Source: Meiothermus sp. | Lineage (GTDB): Bacteria > Deinococcota > Deinococci > Deinococcales > Thermaceae | Length of the DNA: 61,229 nt | Direction of reading: 5' to 3' | NCBI GenBank assembly: GCA_033762915.1 | Contig: JANRLD010000057.1 | Coordinates: 1 to 61,229, forward strand | Shown: in pieces, positions 21,354-31,495 of the stretch | Layout: the number at the start of each line of letters is the position of its first letter | Numbering within the stretch: position 1 is the first letter of the stretch | The notes under the pieces: generated by a model | What the model saw: the letters and a program-made list of their open reading frames with translations, nothing else | What the model was told of the DNA's origin: nothing | The model's database searches: none | Made by a program: the position numbers and the translations under genes

Positions 21354-21869
21354 TCAGCGCCTTTCCAGCGCCCCCGCCAGGTCCCACTCCAGCCGCACCC
21401 CGCGCGACTCGAGCGCTGCCGACAGGCGGTTGCCGTGCCGGCCGAGGAGGTTGATCAGGTCGTGCAGGGTAGCGCTGGCGGCCGCCGCCTCTGCGTGGCT
21501 GATCAGCCCCTCGCGCAGCCCCTCGAACAGCTCGTCGGTGTCCATGACCTCGAGGCAGCCCTCGCGGGTGATTCCCAGGTCGAGGTAGAGGTCCTTGACC
21601 CGCCAGATGTGGCCCTCCTGCTCCACCGAAACGATGTCGATGTAGAACTCGAGGGGGTAGTCGTCCTGGTGGGTCTGGAACTTGCAGATTTGCAGGCCCA
21701 GCCCCGGAAGGATGTGGGCCTTGAAGTGGCGGAAGGTCGGGTGGGCCTGGAAGGGGCGCTCGAGGTAGAGACCGTGCGGGTGGGGCCGGTAGAGCGAGAC
21801 CGGGAAGGTGCCCGCCTTAACGGTATGGGTCTTGGCCACCAGGTTATGCGTCTGAATCTTCAGGTGCAT
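21354..21869 (-). CDS. DUF402-family protein
   Basis: FYIDIV...DLYLDL...VMDTDEL; AGGAG RBS. Confidence 0.8.
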   Translation of the reverse strand: MHLKIQTHNLVAKTHTVKAGTFPVSLYRPHPHGLYLERPFQAHPTFRHFKAHILPGLGLQICKFQTHQDDYPLEFYIDIVSVEQEGHIWRVKDLYLDLGITREGCLEVMDTDELFEGLREGLISHAEAAAASATLHDLINLLGRHGNRLSAALESRGVRLEWDLAGALERR

Positions 21870-22066
21870 AGGGGCTGTCTCCTTGGTGCCGGTTCGGGCT
21901 GTCCTGAGGGGGCTTGATCTCGAGGGCCTGAGGCGAATTGTACTTGAAAACGGAGTGTAGCCGAAGAGTTCTGACCGTAACTCGTACGGGCCTACTTTCC
22001 GAACGCCTTACGGTTTTCGGCCGGCCCGGGTAAAAGCCGCTATACTTGTGTTTGCACGAGGTGAAT

Positions 22067-23020
22067 ATGGCAAATCACGCGGCCCACTCAAACTTCATGC
22101 CCTACGCTTACTTCGACGGCAGAATTGTCCCCTTCGAGGACGCCAAGGTGAGCGTGGCGACTCTGGCCCTGCAGTACGGCATCAGCGTTTTCGGGGGGGT
22201 GCGCGGCTACCTTAGCCACGACCAGAAGGTTATCAACATCTTCCGCCTACGCGACCACATGACCCGCCTCTCCCGCTCGGCCAGCCTGCTCAAGATTGCC
22301 ATGCCTGCCGACGTGGACGGCCTGGCCCAGATGATGGTCGAGCTGACCCGCAGAAACGCCCCCGCCACCGACACCTACTTCCGCCCCTTCGCCTACAAGT
22401 CCGACCTCTCGCTGGGCCCCAGCCTGGGCCACCCCGGTGCGGGTTTTGCTATATACATGCTGCCCCTGGGCGGCTACTTTGGCGAGGGCGACAGCCTAAA
22501 GCTGATGGTCTCGAGCTGGGTGCGCGTCACCGACAACGCCATCCCCGCGCGCGGCAAGATCGGGGGGGCCTACATCAACAGCTCCATCGCCAAAGATGAG
22601 GCTGTCATCAACGGCTACGATGACGCCCTGATGCTCAACGCCGCAGGCAAGGTTGGTGAGGCCAGTGCCGCCAACCTGTTCATCGTGCGCGACGGCGTGC
22701 TGATCACCTCGCCGGTGACCGCCGACATCCTCGAGGGCATCACCCGCCGCACCATCTTCCAACTGGCTAAAGACCTGGGTATCCCGGTGCTCGAGCGCGA
22801 AATTGACCGCAGCGAGATCTACATCTCCGACGAACTCTTTCTCTGCGGTACCGGTGCGCAGATCAGCCCGGTGGGCAGCGTGGACCAGCGCCCCATCGGC
22901 GACCCCAAGCGTCCCATCACCGCCAAGCTGAGCAGGCTCTTCTTCGAGGCCGTGCGCGGCCAGCGCCCCGAGTACGCCGACTGGCTCACGCCCGTGGAAA
23001 TTCCGGTTGGGGCGCGTTAA
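22067..23020 (+). CDS. ilvE: Branched-chain amino acid aminotransferase (class IV)
   Basis: ALQYGISVFGG, RGKIGGAYINS (PLP Lys), EASAANLF, LEGITR, GTGAQI. Confidence 0.92.
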   Translation: MANHAAHSNFMPYAYFDGRIVPFEDAKVSVATLALQYGISVFGGVRGYLSHDQKVINIFRLRDHMTRLSRSASLLKIAMPADVDGLAQMMVELTRRNAPATDTYFRPFAYKSDLSLGPSLGHPGAGFAIYMLPLGGYFGEGDSLKLMVSSWVRVTDNAIPARGKIGGAYINSSIAKDEAVINGYDDALMLNAAGKVGEASAANLFIVRDGVLITSPVTADILEGITRRTIFQLAKDLGIPVLEREIDRSEIYISDELFLCGTGAQISPVGSVDQRPIGDPKRPITAKLSRLFFEAVRGQRPEYADWLTPVEIPVGAR

Positions 23021-23062
23021 GGCAGCAAGAGGGCTGAAAGGCACTAAGGCGATTCCCGAGAT

Positions 23063-23096
23063 AAAGGCGACTCCTGCATCATCGGGGGTCGCTTTT
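23063..23096. terminator. Bidirectional intrinsic terminator
   Basis: AAAGGCGACTCC...GGGGTCGCTTTT between convergent genes. Confidence 0.7.
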
Positions 23097-23114
23097 GATT
23101 TGGTCTGCCGCCCG

Positions 23115-24101
23115 CTACCCGCTACCGGCCTTCAGCGCCGCCACCGTGCGCTCGAGCCCCTCCTCCAGCGTCACCCTCGGCGTGTACCCCAGATCGGCCT
23201 TGGCGCGGCTGATGTCGTAGGTCTGGTGGCGGGCCAGGATCAGGGCCGAGTAGCGGGTGATGCGCGGTTCGCGGCCGGTGAAGCGGCTGGCGAACTCCAT
23301 CAGGGCAGCGGCGGGAAGGATGACCTCGAGGGGCACCCTCCTGAGCTTGTTGGGGACCTTCAGGCGCTCCAGAACCTCTCGTATGGTCTCCCACAGCAGC
23401 ACGCTCTGCCCGCCGGTGACGGTGTAGACGGGGAAGTTGGTCTCGGGCAGGGGACGTTCCAGGGCCAGCACCAGCGCCCGCACCACGTCGTCCACGTGGG
23501 ACAGGTCCACGCGGTTTTGGCCGTCGCCGATCTGCGGGAGGCGGCCCGCCCTGGCGGCGTCAATCAGCCGCGGCAGCAGTGAGGTGTCGCCCTCGCCGTA
23601 GACGGCCTTGGGGCGGATGGCGATGACCTCGAGGTCGCCCCGCGCCCGCAGCACCGCCTCCTCGGCCAGCTTCTTGGTCGCGGCGTAGTGCGAGGTCAGG
23701 CGGCTGGGATAGGGCACCTCGTCGGGCAGGTTGAACTGGTCGCCGCCATCGAAGATCACGGCGGGCGAGGAGACGTGCACCAGGCGGCGCACCTTCTGGG
23801 CCTTGCAGGCCTCGAGGACGTGCCGGGTGCCCTGGACGTTGATGGCCTGGAAGTCGTCCCAGCTTCCCCAGGGGGCCGAGAGCGCCCCGACGTGGCAGAC
23901 CGCCTCCGCGTCCTTGCAGGCCGCCAACACCGCCTCCCGGTCGCGCAAGTCGGCTTTGATCGGCTCGGCCCCGGCTTCTACCACGCCGCCCACTCGAGAA
24001 AACTCCCTCCCCATCAGCCGGACGCTGTGCCCCCTGGCGAGGAGCGCGCGAGCCAGATGACTCCCGATGAATCCTGTGCCGCCGGTGACCAGAACCTTCA
24101 C
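23115..24101 (-). CDS. NAD-dependent epimerase/dehydratase (3-beta-HSD-like extended SDR)
   Basis: VTGGTGFIG, YAATK, RPKAVYGEGD; GTG start 7 nt after TAACCT. Confidence 0.9.
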   Translation of the reverse strand: MKVLVTGGTGFIGSHLARALLARGHSVRLMGREFSRVGGVVEAGAEPIKADLRDREAVLAACKDAEAVCHVGALSAPWGSWDDFQAINVQGTRHVLEACKAQKVRRLVHVSSPAVIFDGGDQFNLPDEVPYPSRLTSHYAATKKLAEEAVLRARGDLEVIAIRPKAVYGEGDTSLLPRLIDAARAGRLPQIGDGQNRVDLSHVDDVVRALVLALERPLPETNFPVYTVTGGQSVLLWETIREVLERLKVPNKLRRVPLEVILPAAALMEFASRFTGREPRITRYSALILARHQTYDISRAKADLGYTPRVTLEEGLERTVAALKAGSG

Positions 24102-24166
24102 ACTACTGAGGTTAGCAGGGCCGGGGCGGTTTGTATTGGGTAAAAACACCGGGTCATAATGGACCC

Positions 24167-25363
24167 ATGCCTCAACTGCTGCTGCGCAAGGTGCGCCCGA
24201 TGGGCCGGGAGACGGTGGACGTGCTGACCGAGAACGGGCGAATCAAGGCGATGGGCGAGGGTATTCAGCCCACCCCCGACGCGCAGGTGCTCGAGGGCCA
24301 CGGTCACCTTTTGCTGCCGGGTCTGGTCAATGCCCACGCCCACGTGGACAAAAACCTGCTGGGCCTGCCCTGGCTGCCCAACGCCGTGCCCGGTGGGCGC
24401 ATCCGCGACTTTGTGGATCACGAGCGTCGGGTACGGGGGGAGTTGGGCCTGTCAGCCCGCGAGCAAGCGGCGCGGCAGTTTCGGCTGGGCTTGGCCACAG
24501 GAACCACCCACGTCCGCACCCACGTAGATGTGGATACCGAGGCGGGTTTGCGCCACCTCGAGGGGGTATTGCAGGCCAAAGCCGACTTTGACGACCTGCT
24601 GACGGTGCAGACCGTGGCCTTCCCCCAGAGCGGGATGCTGGTGCGGCCCGGCACGGCGGAATTGCTCGAGGAGGCAGCCAAGCTGGGCGCCGACGCGGTG
24701 GGCGGCCTCGACCCCTGCCTGATCGACCGCGACCCGGTGCGCCACCTCGACACCATCTTCGCCATCGCGGAGCGGCACGGGGTCGAACTCGACATTCACC
24801 TGCACGAGGAAGGCTTGCTGGGGGCCTTTTCGCTCGAGCTGATCGCCGAGCGCACCGCCGCGCTGGGGATGCAGGGCCGGGTCACGGTCAGCCATGTCTT
24901 CTGCCTGGGCATGGTGGACGACACTTATCTGGGCCGGCTGACCGAGTTGCTGTTGGAAAACCGCATCACCCTGATGTCGCTGGCCTCGGGCGTGACCCCC
25001 TTCCCGCCGCTGAAGCGCCTGCACGGAGCGGGTGTGGCCATTTGCACCGGCACCGACGGCATCCGCGACACCTGGGGGCCCTGGAACAGCGTGGACATGT
25101 TGGATCGGGCCAGAACCATTGCCTTCCGCAGCGGCCTGCGGCGCGACAAGGATATCGATATGGTTTTGGGTTTTGCCACCCACGGCGGGGCGCGGGTGAT
25201 GGGCGACGGGGAATACGGCCTCGAGGTGGGCCAGCGTGCCGACCTTGTTGTGGTGCCCGGCGAGGTGCCCGCCGAGGCCGTGGCCGAGCGCCCGCCGCGC
25301 ACCTACGTGATCAAGAACGGGCGGCTGGTGGCCGAGGGCGGGCAGTATATCGGGGGCGCATGA
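24167..25363 (+). CDS. Metal-dependent amidohydrolase (cytosine-deaminase-like)
   Basis: NAHAHVDK, VRTHVDV, AFPQ, DIHLHE, GTDG. Confidence 0.9.
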   Translation: MPQLLLRKVRPMGRETVDVLTENGRIKAMGEGIQPTPDAQVLEGHGHLLLPGLVNAHAHVDKNLLGLPWLPNAVPGGRIRDFVDHERRVRGELGLSAREQAARQFRLGLATGTTHVRTHVDVDTEAGLRHLEGVLQAKADFDDLLTVQTVAFPQSGMLVRPGTAELLEEAAKLGADAVGGLDPCLIDRDPVRHLDTIFAIAERHGVELDIHLHEEGLLGAFSLELIAERTAALGMQGRVTVSHVFCLGMVDDTYLGRLTELLLENRITLMSLASGVTPFPPLKRLHGAGVAICTGTDGIRDTWGPWNSVDMLDRARTIAFRSGLRRDKDIDMVLGFATHGGARVMGDGEYGLEVGQRADLVVVPGEVPAEAVAERPPRTYVIKNGRLVAEGGQYIGGA

Positions 25364-25776
25364 ACCAGTCCATCGTTCACATCGCCCTGGTGGTGCGCGA
25401 CTACGACGAGGCTATCGGGTTCTACGTCGGCAAGCTGGGCTTCGAGCTGAGAGAGGACACCTACCAGCCTGAGCAGGACAAGCGCTGGGTGGTAGTTGCG
25501 CCTCCCGGAGGCGGTACCACGCTGCTGCTGGCTCGAGCCTCCAAGCCTGAACAGGAGCTGTTCATTGGCAACCAAGCCGGCGGGCGCGTCTTCCTCTTCC
25601 TCCGCACCGACGATTTCTGGCGCGACTATAACCGGATGATCGAGCAGGGCATCAGGTTCATCCGCGAGCCCAAACAGGCCGACTACGGTACGGTGGCAGT
25701 GTTCGAGGACTTGTACGGCAACCTCTGGGACTTGCTCGAGTTCGCGCCCGGTCATCCGATGGCCCTGGGGCGCTGA
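25360..25776 (+). CDS. VOC/glyoxalase-family protein
   Basis: HIALVVRDYDEAIGFY...FEDLYGNLWDL; ATGA coupling. Confidence 0.92.
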   Translation: MNQSIVHIALVVRDYDEAIGFYVGKLGFELREDTYQPEQDKRWVVVAPPGGGTTLLLARASKPEQELFIGNQAGGRVFLFLRTDDFWRDYNRMIEQGIRFIREPKQADYGTVAVFEDLYGNLWDLLEFAPGHPMALGR

Positions 25777-25782
25777 CCTTCA

Positions 25783-25900
25783 CTATGTCTCCACAACTGA
25801 TATGCGAAATGCCACCCGGCAGCCCGTTGGGGAATTGCGCCGGTAAGCCGCTCGCTGCCGAGGTTGTGTGGAGGGTTTCGCAAACTCATCATGGCAACTA
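25783..25900 (+). mobile_element. Family-A repeat, copy A3
   Basis: TGTCTCCACAACTGATATGCGAAAT...GGGGAATTGCGCC...GGCAACTA. Confidence 0.7.
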
Positions 25901-28126
25901 CAGTCCCATTTTGCGAATCAGCGGCACCGCGACCTCGCCCATCAGGAACTCGAGCGCCCGCCAGCCCAGCCGCCGTCTCAAGGACAGGTGCCTGTCGTAC
26001 ACCGCGATCCACTCGAGCTCCGGCGTGGCCCCCCTCGAACGCTTGAACTTGGCGACGCCAGAGCTGGCATGCAGGATCAGCCCGCGCCGCTCGGCCTCGA
26101 GGGTCAGGTGCGTGGAAAGCAGCCGGTACAGGCCCAACTCCTGCGGCAGTGCGGTGTCGTAGCCGAACACGGGAGCCGCCATGTAGCCGTTCAGGCAGTA
26201 CAGCCCCATCACCCCGTCTATCTGCCCGCCTTTCTCCAGGGCGTAGAACTCGAGCAGCCCGCTCTCGGCCGCGTAGCCCATGAAGTCCACCGTGTACTGC
26301 GGGTTGAAGCGGCTGTACTTATCGATGTAGAGCAGGGTGTACAACTCCTGCACTCGAGCCAGCTCGGCCCCGGTGGGCTGCTCGAGCTTTCTCAGCGCAT
26401 AGCCGGAAGCTTCCAGCAGTTTCAGGTCGTTCTTGAAGTCCTTCTTGCGGTAGTGGTCGCCCCGGGGGACGTTGTAAAACAGCACGCTCCTCGAGGGGAT
26501 CAGCGCGTACCCTGCCGCCACCAGGGCCCGCTTAAGGCGGTCGCCCCCGTAGGGATGAACCGAGCGCCACACCACGGCCTTGTCGGGGAACTGGGTCGTC
26601 AGCAACTCGGTGATGCCGTGGATGTGGCGCGGCTCGAGCGCCGGGTACAGACACGTGCTCAGCAGCCGGTTGTTGACGTACACCGTGTGGTCGAGCTCGC
26701 AGAAGCGCAGCCAGGCTCCCAGCCCGCGCAACACGCCGTCCAATACGAAGCGCAACCGCGGGTTCTCGATCTCGCGCAGCTCGTCTGTGGCGTAGCTGAC
26801 GTAGTGGGTGTAGCTCGAGGCGATGTAGCTGTTGCCCGGGGTGGGGCTTTGTATGGAAAGGGGTAAGGCCAGGTCGCCTTGTCGCAGCGTGTGGAGGGTG
26901 GTCTGGAGATTGGGGATGTACGCAGAAGGGGAGACTTGAACCGGGGAGGCTTCTAGCTCAGGCTTCGCCAACGGCGTCTCGCCGGTTGGCAGCTCCTCGC
27001 CGTTCCACTCGAGGTCGAGGGTGGTGGCCTCGAGCAGCCCGACCTTGTTGCGGTAGGCGTCATGGAGGTTGCCCAGCACACAGCGCCACTGGTGGCGGGC
27101 CGGGCGTGGGTCGTCCTCTGACCCCACCACCTCCCGGGCGCTCTGCCAATCGTCCCACCACTGGCCCAGGCGATTCTCGCGCAGGGCCGTGGGCAGCCCA
27201 AACAGCCCCATCGCGAAACCAAGCTTGGCCCTGCTGCTCGGCGCGGCGGTCTGCAAATCCTTGCCAAGGAAGGCTTGAATCTGCTGCTCGGGCGAGAGCA
27301 GGTGAAGGCCGCTGGTGGCCCTGGGGTTGCACTCGAGCGCCCACAGGCCTTCGGCGTTCTGGATGAAGTCGAACGCAATTTGCCCGGTGAAGCTGAGGTC
27401 GCCCACGACCGCACGGACGAACTCGAGCACCTCCGCGTGCTCCACCGCCTCGAAGTAAACGCTGGCCCCGAACCCGGCCCGCCACTTGGGCCGGTAGACC
27501 GCGTGTGCGGTGAGCTGGCCCGAACGAGCTACCCCGTAACTACACAACTCCTGCCCCTCAACAAACGCCTGTGCCAGCCAGGGTGCTTTACCCGAAACGG
27601 GAAGCTCGGGCATCGGTTGACCCGGACTCCAGACTCGAGTTTTCGCGGCGAACCTCGAGAACGCCGGTTTGAACACCAGCTTTTGCCTGGGCAATCGGCG
27701 TAGGTCGTCGGGATGCTGAAGCAGCCAGGTTTGCGGAGCTTTCAGCCCCAGGCCTTGAATCAACCGCACGAACTCGCCCTTGTGGTGCAGTTGGCGCAGC
27801 GTCGACAGCCCTGAGACGAAGTATCGTTCCGGGCGGCCCCCGAGCCCCGCTGCGTGGGCCACGTAAAACACCTCCTCGCAAGTTGGAACCACCAAATCTA
27901 TCTTCTCTGATTGAACGAGCTGCTCGAGCGCCCGGGCGAAGCGCAACGGCTCGAGCCTTGGTGGAGGCAGTCTGAACGATTGGGTGACTGAATCCGATAC
28001 TTCGCACAGATTCGGCCACTGGCTCTCGGCAATGAAGACGGTATGCCCCGCCCTGGCGAACGAGCGGCACAACTCGAGGGCCACCGGAGCCCTGGCCCCC
28101 GTGACCAGAATGCGCTTGGCCTGCAT
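25898..28126 (-). CDS. ATP-grasp protein fused to a GNAT/FemAB-like domain
   Basis: N-half LVTGARAPVALEL, PTCEE, KPAFSRF, ECNPRATSG; C-half LYIDKYSRFNPQYT, FGYDTALPQELGLYRLL, SSGVAKFKRSRG. Confidence 0.8.
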   Translation of the reverse strand: MQAKRILVTGARAPVALELCRSFARAGHTVFIAESQWPNLCEVSDSVTQSFRLPPPRLEPLRFARALEQLVQSEKIDLVVPTCEEVFYVAHAAGLGGRPERYFVSGLSTLRQLHHKGEFVRLIQGLGLKAPQTWLLQHPDDLRRLPRQKLVFKPAFSRFAAKTRVWSPGQPMPELPVSGKAPWLAQAFVEGQELCSYGVARSGQLTAHAVYRPKWRAGFGASVYFEAVEHAEVLEFVRAVVGDLSFTGQIAFDFIQNAEGLWALECNPRATSGLHLLSPEQQIQAFLGKDLQTAAPSSRAKLGFAMGLFGLPTALRENRLGQWWDDWQSAREVVGSEDDPRPARHQWRCVLGNLHDAYRNKVGLLEATTLDLEWNGEELPTGETPLAKPELEASPVQVSPSAYIPNLQTTLHTLRQGDLALPLSIQSPTPGNSYIASSYTHYVSYATDELREIENPRLRFVLDGVLRGLGAWLRFCELDHTVYVNNRLLSTCLYPALEPRHIHGITELLTTQFPDKAVVWRSVHPYGGDRLKRALVAAGYALIPSRSVLFYNVPRGDHYRKKDFKNDLKLLEASGYALRKLEQPTGAELARVQELYTLLYIDKYSRFNPQYTVDFMGYAAESGLLEFYALEKGGQIDGVMGLYCLNGYMAAPVFGYDTALPQELGLYRLLSTHLTLEAERRGLILHASSGVAKFKRSRGATPELEWIAVYDRHLSLRRRLGWRALEFLMGEVAVPLIRKMGL

Positions 28127-28169
28127 GGGTACAGCCTAGGGCTTTGCGGCGGATTTTGCAGCAGTATTT

Positions 28170-29525
28170 TTACAGCTTCTTCAGCGACTGCACCAGCTGC
28201 CCCAGCACGCCCTGCGCGTCGCCGTAGAGCATCCGGGTGTTGTCGGCGTAGAAGAGTTCGTTCTCCACCCCGGCGAAGCCCTTGCCCTGCCCGCGCTTGA
28301 TCACGATGGCGTTCTTGGCCTTGTCCACGTCGAGGATCGGCATGCCGTAGAGGGGCGAGCCCTTGCGGTGGGCGGCCGGGTTCACCACGTCGTTGGCCCC
28401 GATGACGATGGCCACGTCGGCCTGGGGGAACTCGGGGTTGATGTCCTCGAGGTCGTAGAGCTTGTCGTACTCCACGCCGGCCTCGGCCAAGAGCACGTTC
28501 ATGTGCCCCGGCATCCGGCCCGCCACCGGGTGGATGGCGTACTCCACCTTGATGTCGCGCTTCTCCAGCGCATCGGCCACCTCGCGCAGCTTGTGCTGGG
28601 CCTGGGCCACCGCCATCCCGTAGCCGGGCACCACGATCACCTTCTGGGCGTAGGCCAGCATCACCGCGGCGTCCTCGAGGTCGATGGGCTTAAGGCTGCC
28701 CTTCACCTCGCCCTGATCCTGCTCCACCCCGAACCCGCCTACCAGCACGCTCCACAGGCTGCGGTTCATGGCCTTGGCCATCAGGAGCGTCAGCAGCGTG
28801 CCCGCCGCCCCCACCACCGTGCCGGCCACGATCAAGGCGGCGTTGCCGATTGCAAAGCCTTCAAACCCCACCGCCAGCCCGGTAAAGGCGTTGAACAGCG
28901 AGATCACCACCGGCATGTCGCCGCCCCCGATGGGCAGCGTCAGCAGCACCCCGAAGGCCAGGGCTGCCGCGAAGAACAGCAGGATGAACAGCCCGAAGTT
29001 TGTGGGCAGCAGCACCAGGCCCAGCGCCACCGTGGCCGCCAGCAGGGCCATGTTGAAAATCTTCTGGTTGGGGAACTGGATGGGCCGGGTGCTGATCAGC
29101 CCCTGCAGCTTGGCGAAGGCCACCAGCGAGCCGCTGAAGGAGACCGAGCCGATCAGGGCCCCCAGCACCGCCAGGGCCTTGAGGCCGGTGGAGTCGAAGT
29201 CGCCCTTGAGCAGCTCGACCGCCGCAATCGCGCCCGCCGCGCCGCCGCCCATGCCGTTGTAGATGGCGACCATCTGCGGCATGTCGGTCATCTTGACCCG
29301 CTTGGCCGAGATCCAGGCCGCCACGGTACCGATCAGCAGGGCCAGAATCATCAGCCCGTAGTTGCCCATGCCGGGGGTCAGGAAGGTGACCAGGGTCGCC
29401 ACCACCATCGCCACCCCGGCCCACTGCACCCCGCTGCGGGCGGTGTTGGGCGAGCTCATCCGCCTGAGCCCCAGGATGAACAGGGCGGCGGTGCCAAAGT
29501 AGGTGAGTTGGACGAGGTTTTCCAT
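28170..29525 (-). CDS. pntB: NAD(P) transhydrogenase beta subunit
   Basis: MPQMVAIYNGMGG, GGGDMPVVIS, VPGYGMAVAQAQ, HPVAGRMPGHMNV. Confidence 0.97.
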   Translation of the reverse strand: MENLVQLTYFGTAALFILGLRRMSSPNTARSGVQWAGVAMVVATLVTFLTPGMGNYGLMILALLIGTVAAWISAKRVKMTDMPQMVAIYNGMGGGAAGAIAAVELLKGDFDSTGLKALAVLGALIGSVSFSGSLVAFAKLQGLISTRPIQFPNQKIFNMALLAATVALGLVLLPTNFGLFILLFFAAALAFGVLLTLPIGGGDMPVVISLFNAFTGLAVGFEGFAIGNAALIVAGTVVGAAGTLLTLLMAKAMNRSLWSVLVGGFGVEQDQGEVKGSLKPIDLEDAAVMLAYAQKVIVVPGYGMAVAQAQHKLREVADALEKRDIKVEYAIHPVAGRMPGHMNVLLAEAGVEYDKLYDLEDINPEFPQADVAIVIGANDVVNPAAHRKGSPLYGMPILDVDKAKNAIVIKRGQGKGFAGVENELFYADNTRMLYGDAQGVLGQLVQSLKKL

Positions 29526-29609
29526 AGTAGGGAACCGGGAACGGGAGCGGGGAACGTGGGGAAGAGAAAGGGGGGAGAAAGCAGAAAGCGTGTAATTGGC
29601 GTTTGGGGT

Positions 29610-29960
29610 CTAGCGCTTTGCGTCTTGCGTCTGTGCCTCGGCCTTCGACTTTTGGCCTTCGGCGCTTAGCGCGGGCTTGGCGGGTTTGCGCTCGAACATC
29701 TCGAGCATCCGCTCGGTCACCGCGTAGCCGCCCGCCGCGTTGGCGGCCCCCAGGATCACCCCCAGGAAGCCGATGAACTGCTCCAAGGGGGTGTCGGCGT
29801 GGCCCAGTACCACCATGGCCCCCACCAGCACGATGCCGTGGATGAAGTTGGAGCCCGACATCAGCGGGGTGTGCAGGATCACGGGGACGCGGCTGATCAC
29901 CTCGTAGCCGGTGAAGGCCGCGAGCAAGAAGATGTACAGAGCTGCCCAGGTGGAATCCAT
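29610..29960 (-). CDS. pntAB: NAD(P) transhydrogenase alpha-2 subunit
   Basis: LHTPLMSGSNFIHG, GGYAVTERMLEMF. Confidence 0.95.
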   Translation of the reverse strand: MDSTWAALYIFLLAAFTGYEVISRVPVILHTPLMSGSNFIHGIVLVGAMVVLGHADTPLEQFIGFLGVILGAANAAGGYAVTERMLEMFERKPAKPALSAEGQKSKAEAQTQDAKR

Positions 29961-30042
29961 TGACTACTCCTCGTGCTCTTGACTCCCTCCCCTCAGAGGG
30001 GGAGCGTAGCGAAGGGTGCTTGGGGCGGGGGTGGGTTTAGGC

Positions 30043-31179
30043 TCACTCCCCGCCGCCCGCTACCGGGGCCAGGAGGGCTTGGGTGGGTTTGTGGGCGACT
30101 TCGCCCTGGTGGGTGAGAAGGGCCCCGGCCAGGATTTCGTCGGTCCAGTCGGGCTCGAGCTTCCCCTCCTTGACCAGCAGCTTGGAGAGGTTGTAGAGGT
30201 TTTTGGCGAACATCTCGCTGGCGTGCACCGAAAGTTCGCTGGGGAGGTTGAGGGGCGCGAAGATGCGCACCCCGCCGGCCTCGATGGCCTGCCCCGGCTG
30301 GCTCAGCTCGCAGTTGCCGCCCGACTCCGCCGCCAGATCCACGATCACCGCCCCGGAGCCCATGCGCCTGACCATCTCGGCGGTGACCAGGGTGGGGGCC
30401 TTGCGCCCCGGGATCTGCGCCGTGGTGATGACCGCATCCATCCCGCCCACCTGCTCGGCCAGGGCCTGCTGCTGGATGACCTTCTCCTCCTCGGTCAGCT
30501 CCCTGGCATACCCGCCCTCGCCTTCGGCGCTGATGGGCAGCTCGATGACCTTAGCGCCCAGCGACAAGGCCTGCTCGGCGGCGGCCTTGCGCACATCGTA
30601 GGCGAACACGTTCGCGCCCAAGCGCCGCACTGTGGCGATGGCCTGCAAGCCCGCCACCCCGACCCCCATCACCAGGACTTTGGCCGGGCGGATGGTGCCC
30701 GCCGCGGTGGTGAGCATGGGGAAGAAGCGTGGGGAGATGCGGGCAGCCATCAGCGCGGCCACGTAGCCCGCCACGGTGGCCTGGGAGGAGAGCACGTCCA
30801 TGCTCTGGGCGCGGGTGATGCGCGGCACCAGCTCCAAGGCCAGGCTCGAGACGAACCCCTTCCGCAGCGCCGCAACCCGCTCGAGGCTGCGGTGCGGCTG
30901 CATCACCCCGGCCACGATGGAACCGGCGGGAAGGTGGGCGATCTGGGCCTCGCTCAGGCCCTGCACGGTGAAGACCACCTGGGCCTGTTCGAGGAGCCCC
31001 TCGGCCCTCACCTCCGCGCCCGCCGCCGCGTAAGCCTCGTCGGGGAAAAAGGCGGCGGAGCCAGCGCCCGGCTCCACCGCGACCTTCCAGCCCTCTTTGA
31101 CCAGCCGGGCCACCACGTCCGGTGTGAGCGCGACGCGGCGCTCTCCGCTTGCGGTTTCCTTGGGTACGGCGATTTGCAC
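30043..31179 (-). CDS. pntAA: NAD(P) transhydrogenase alpha-1 subunit
   Basis: ERRVALTP, RITRAQSMDVLSSQ, GVGVAGLQAI, DLAAESGGNC; GTG start after GGAGG. Confidence 0.95.
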   Translation of the reverse strand: MQIAVPKETASGERRVALTPDVVARLVKEGWKVAVEPGAGSAAFFPDEAYAAAGAEVRAEGLLEQAQVVFTVQGLSEAQIAHLPAGSIVAGVMQPHRSLERVAALRKGFVSSLALELVPRITRAQSMDVLSSQATVAGYVAALMAARISPRFFPMLTTAAGTIRPAKVLVMGVGVAGLQAIATVRRLGANVFAYDVRKAAAEQALSLGAKVIELPISAEGEGGYARELTEEEKVIQQQALAEQVGGMDAVITTAQIPGRKAPTLVTAEMVRRMGSGAVIVDLAAESGGNCELSQPGQAIEAGGVRIFAPLNLPSELSVHASEMFAKNLYNLSKLLVKEGKLEPDWTDEILAGALLTHQGEVAHKPTQALLAPVAGGGE

Positions 31180-31495
31180 CCTCTCACCTCCGATTTTGTA
31201 GCGCAGTATACAGACACTAAACATTCAGCGTCTACGGGACAAATGGGGTGGAAGGCAATCCCGGCGGCGCCCGCCGACCTCTGGGCAAAATCCCCTTGCG
31301 GGGAGGGTCGGCCCGCACCCCTCTGAACTCGAGCTTGGGAGCCTACTTCTTTGCCCCGGGCGCGCTGCGCCCGACGCCAGGGAGGCCCGGAGGGCCGGGG
31401 GATTGCCTTTAGGACTGAATACAGAGGGCTGTCCCCGTTTGCCCAAACCCGTCCGACTGGGTATGCTTATGGCTGTACGAAAAGGAGGCTATTTC

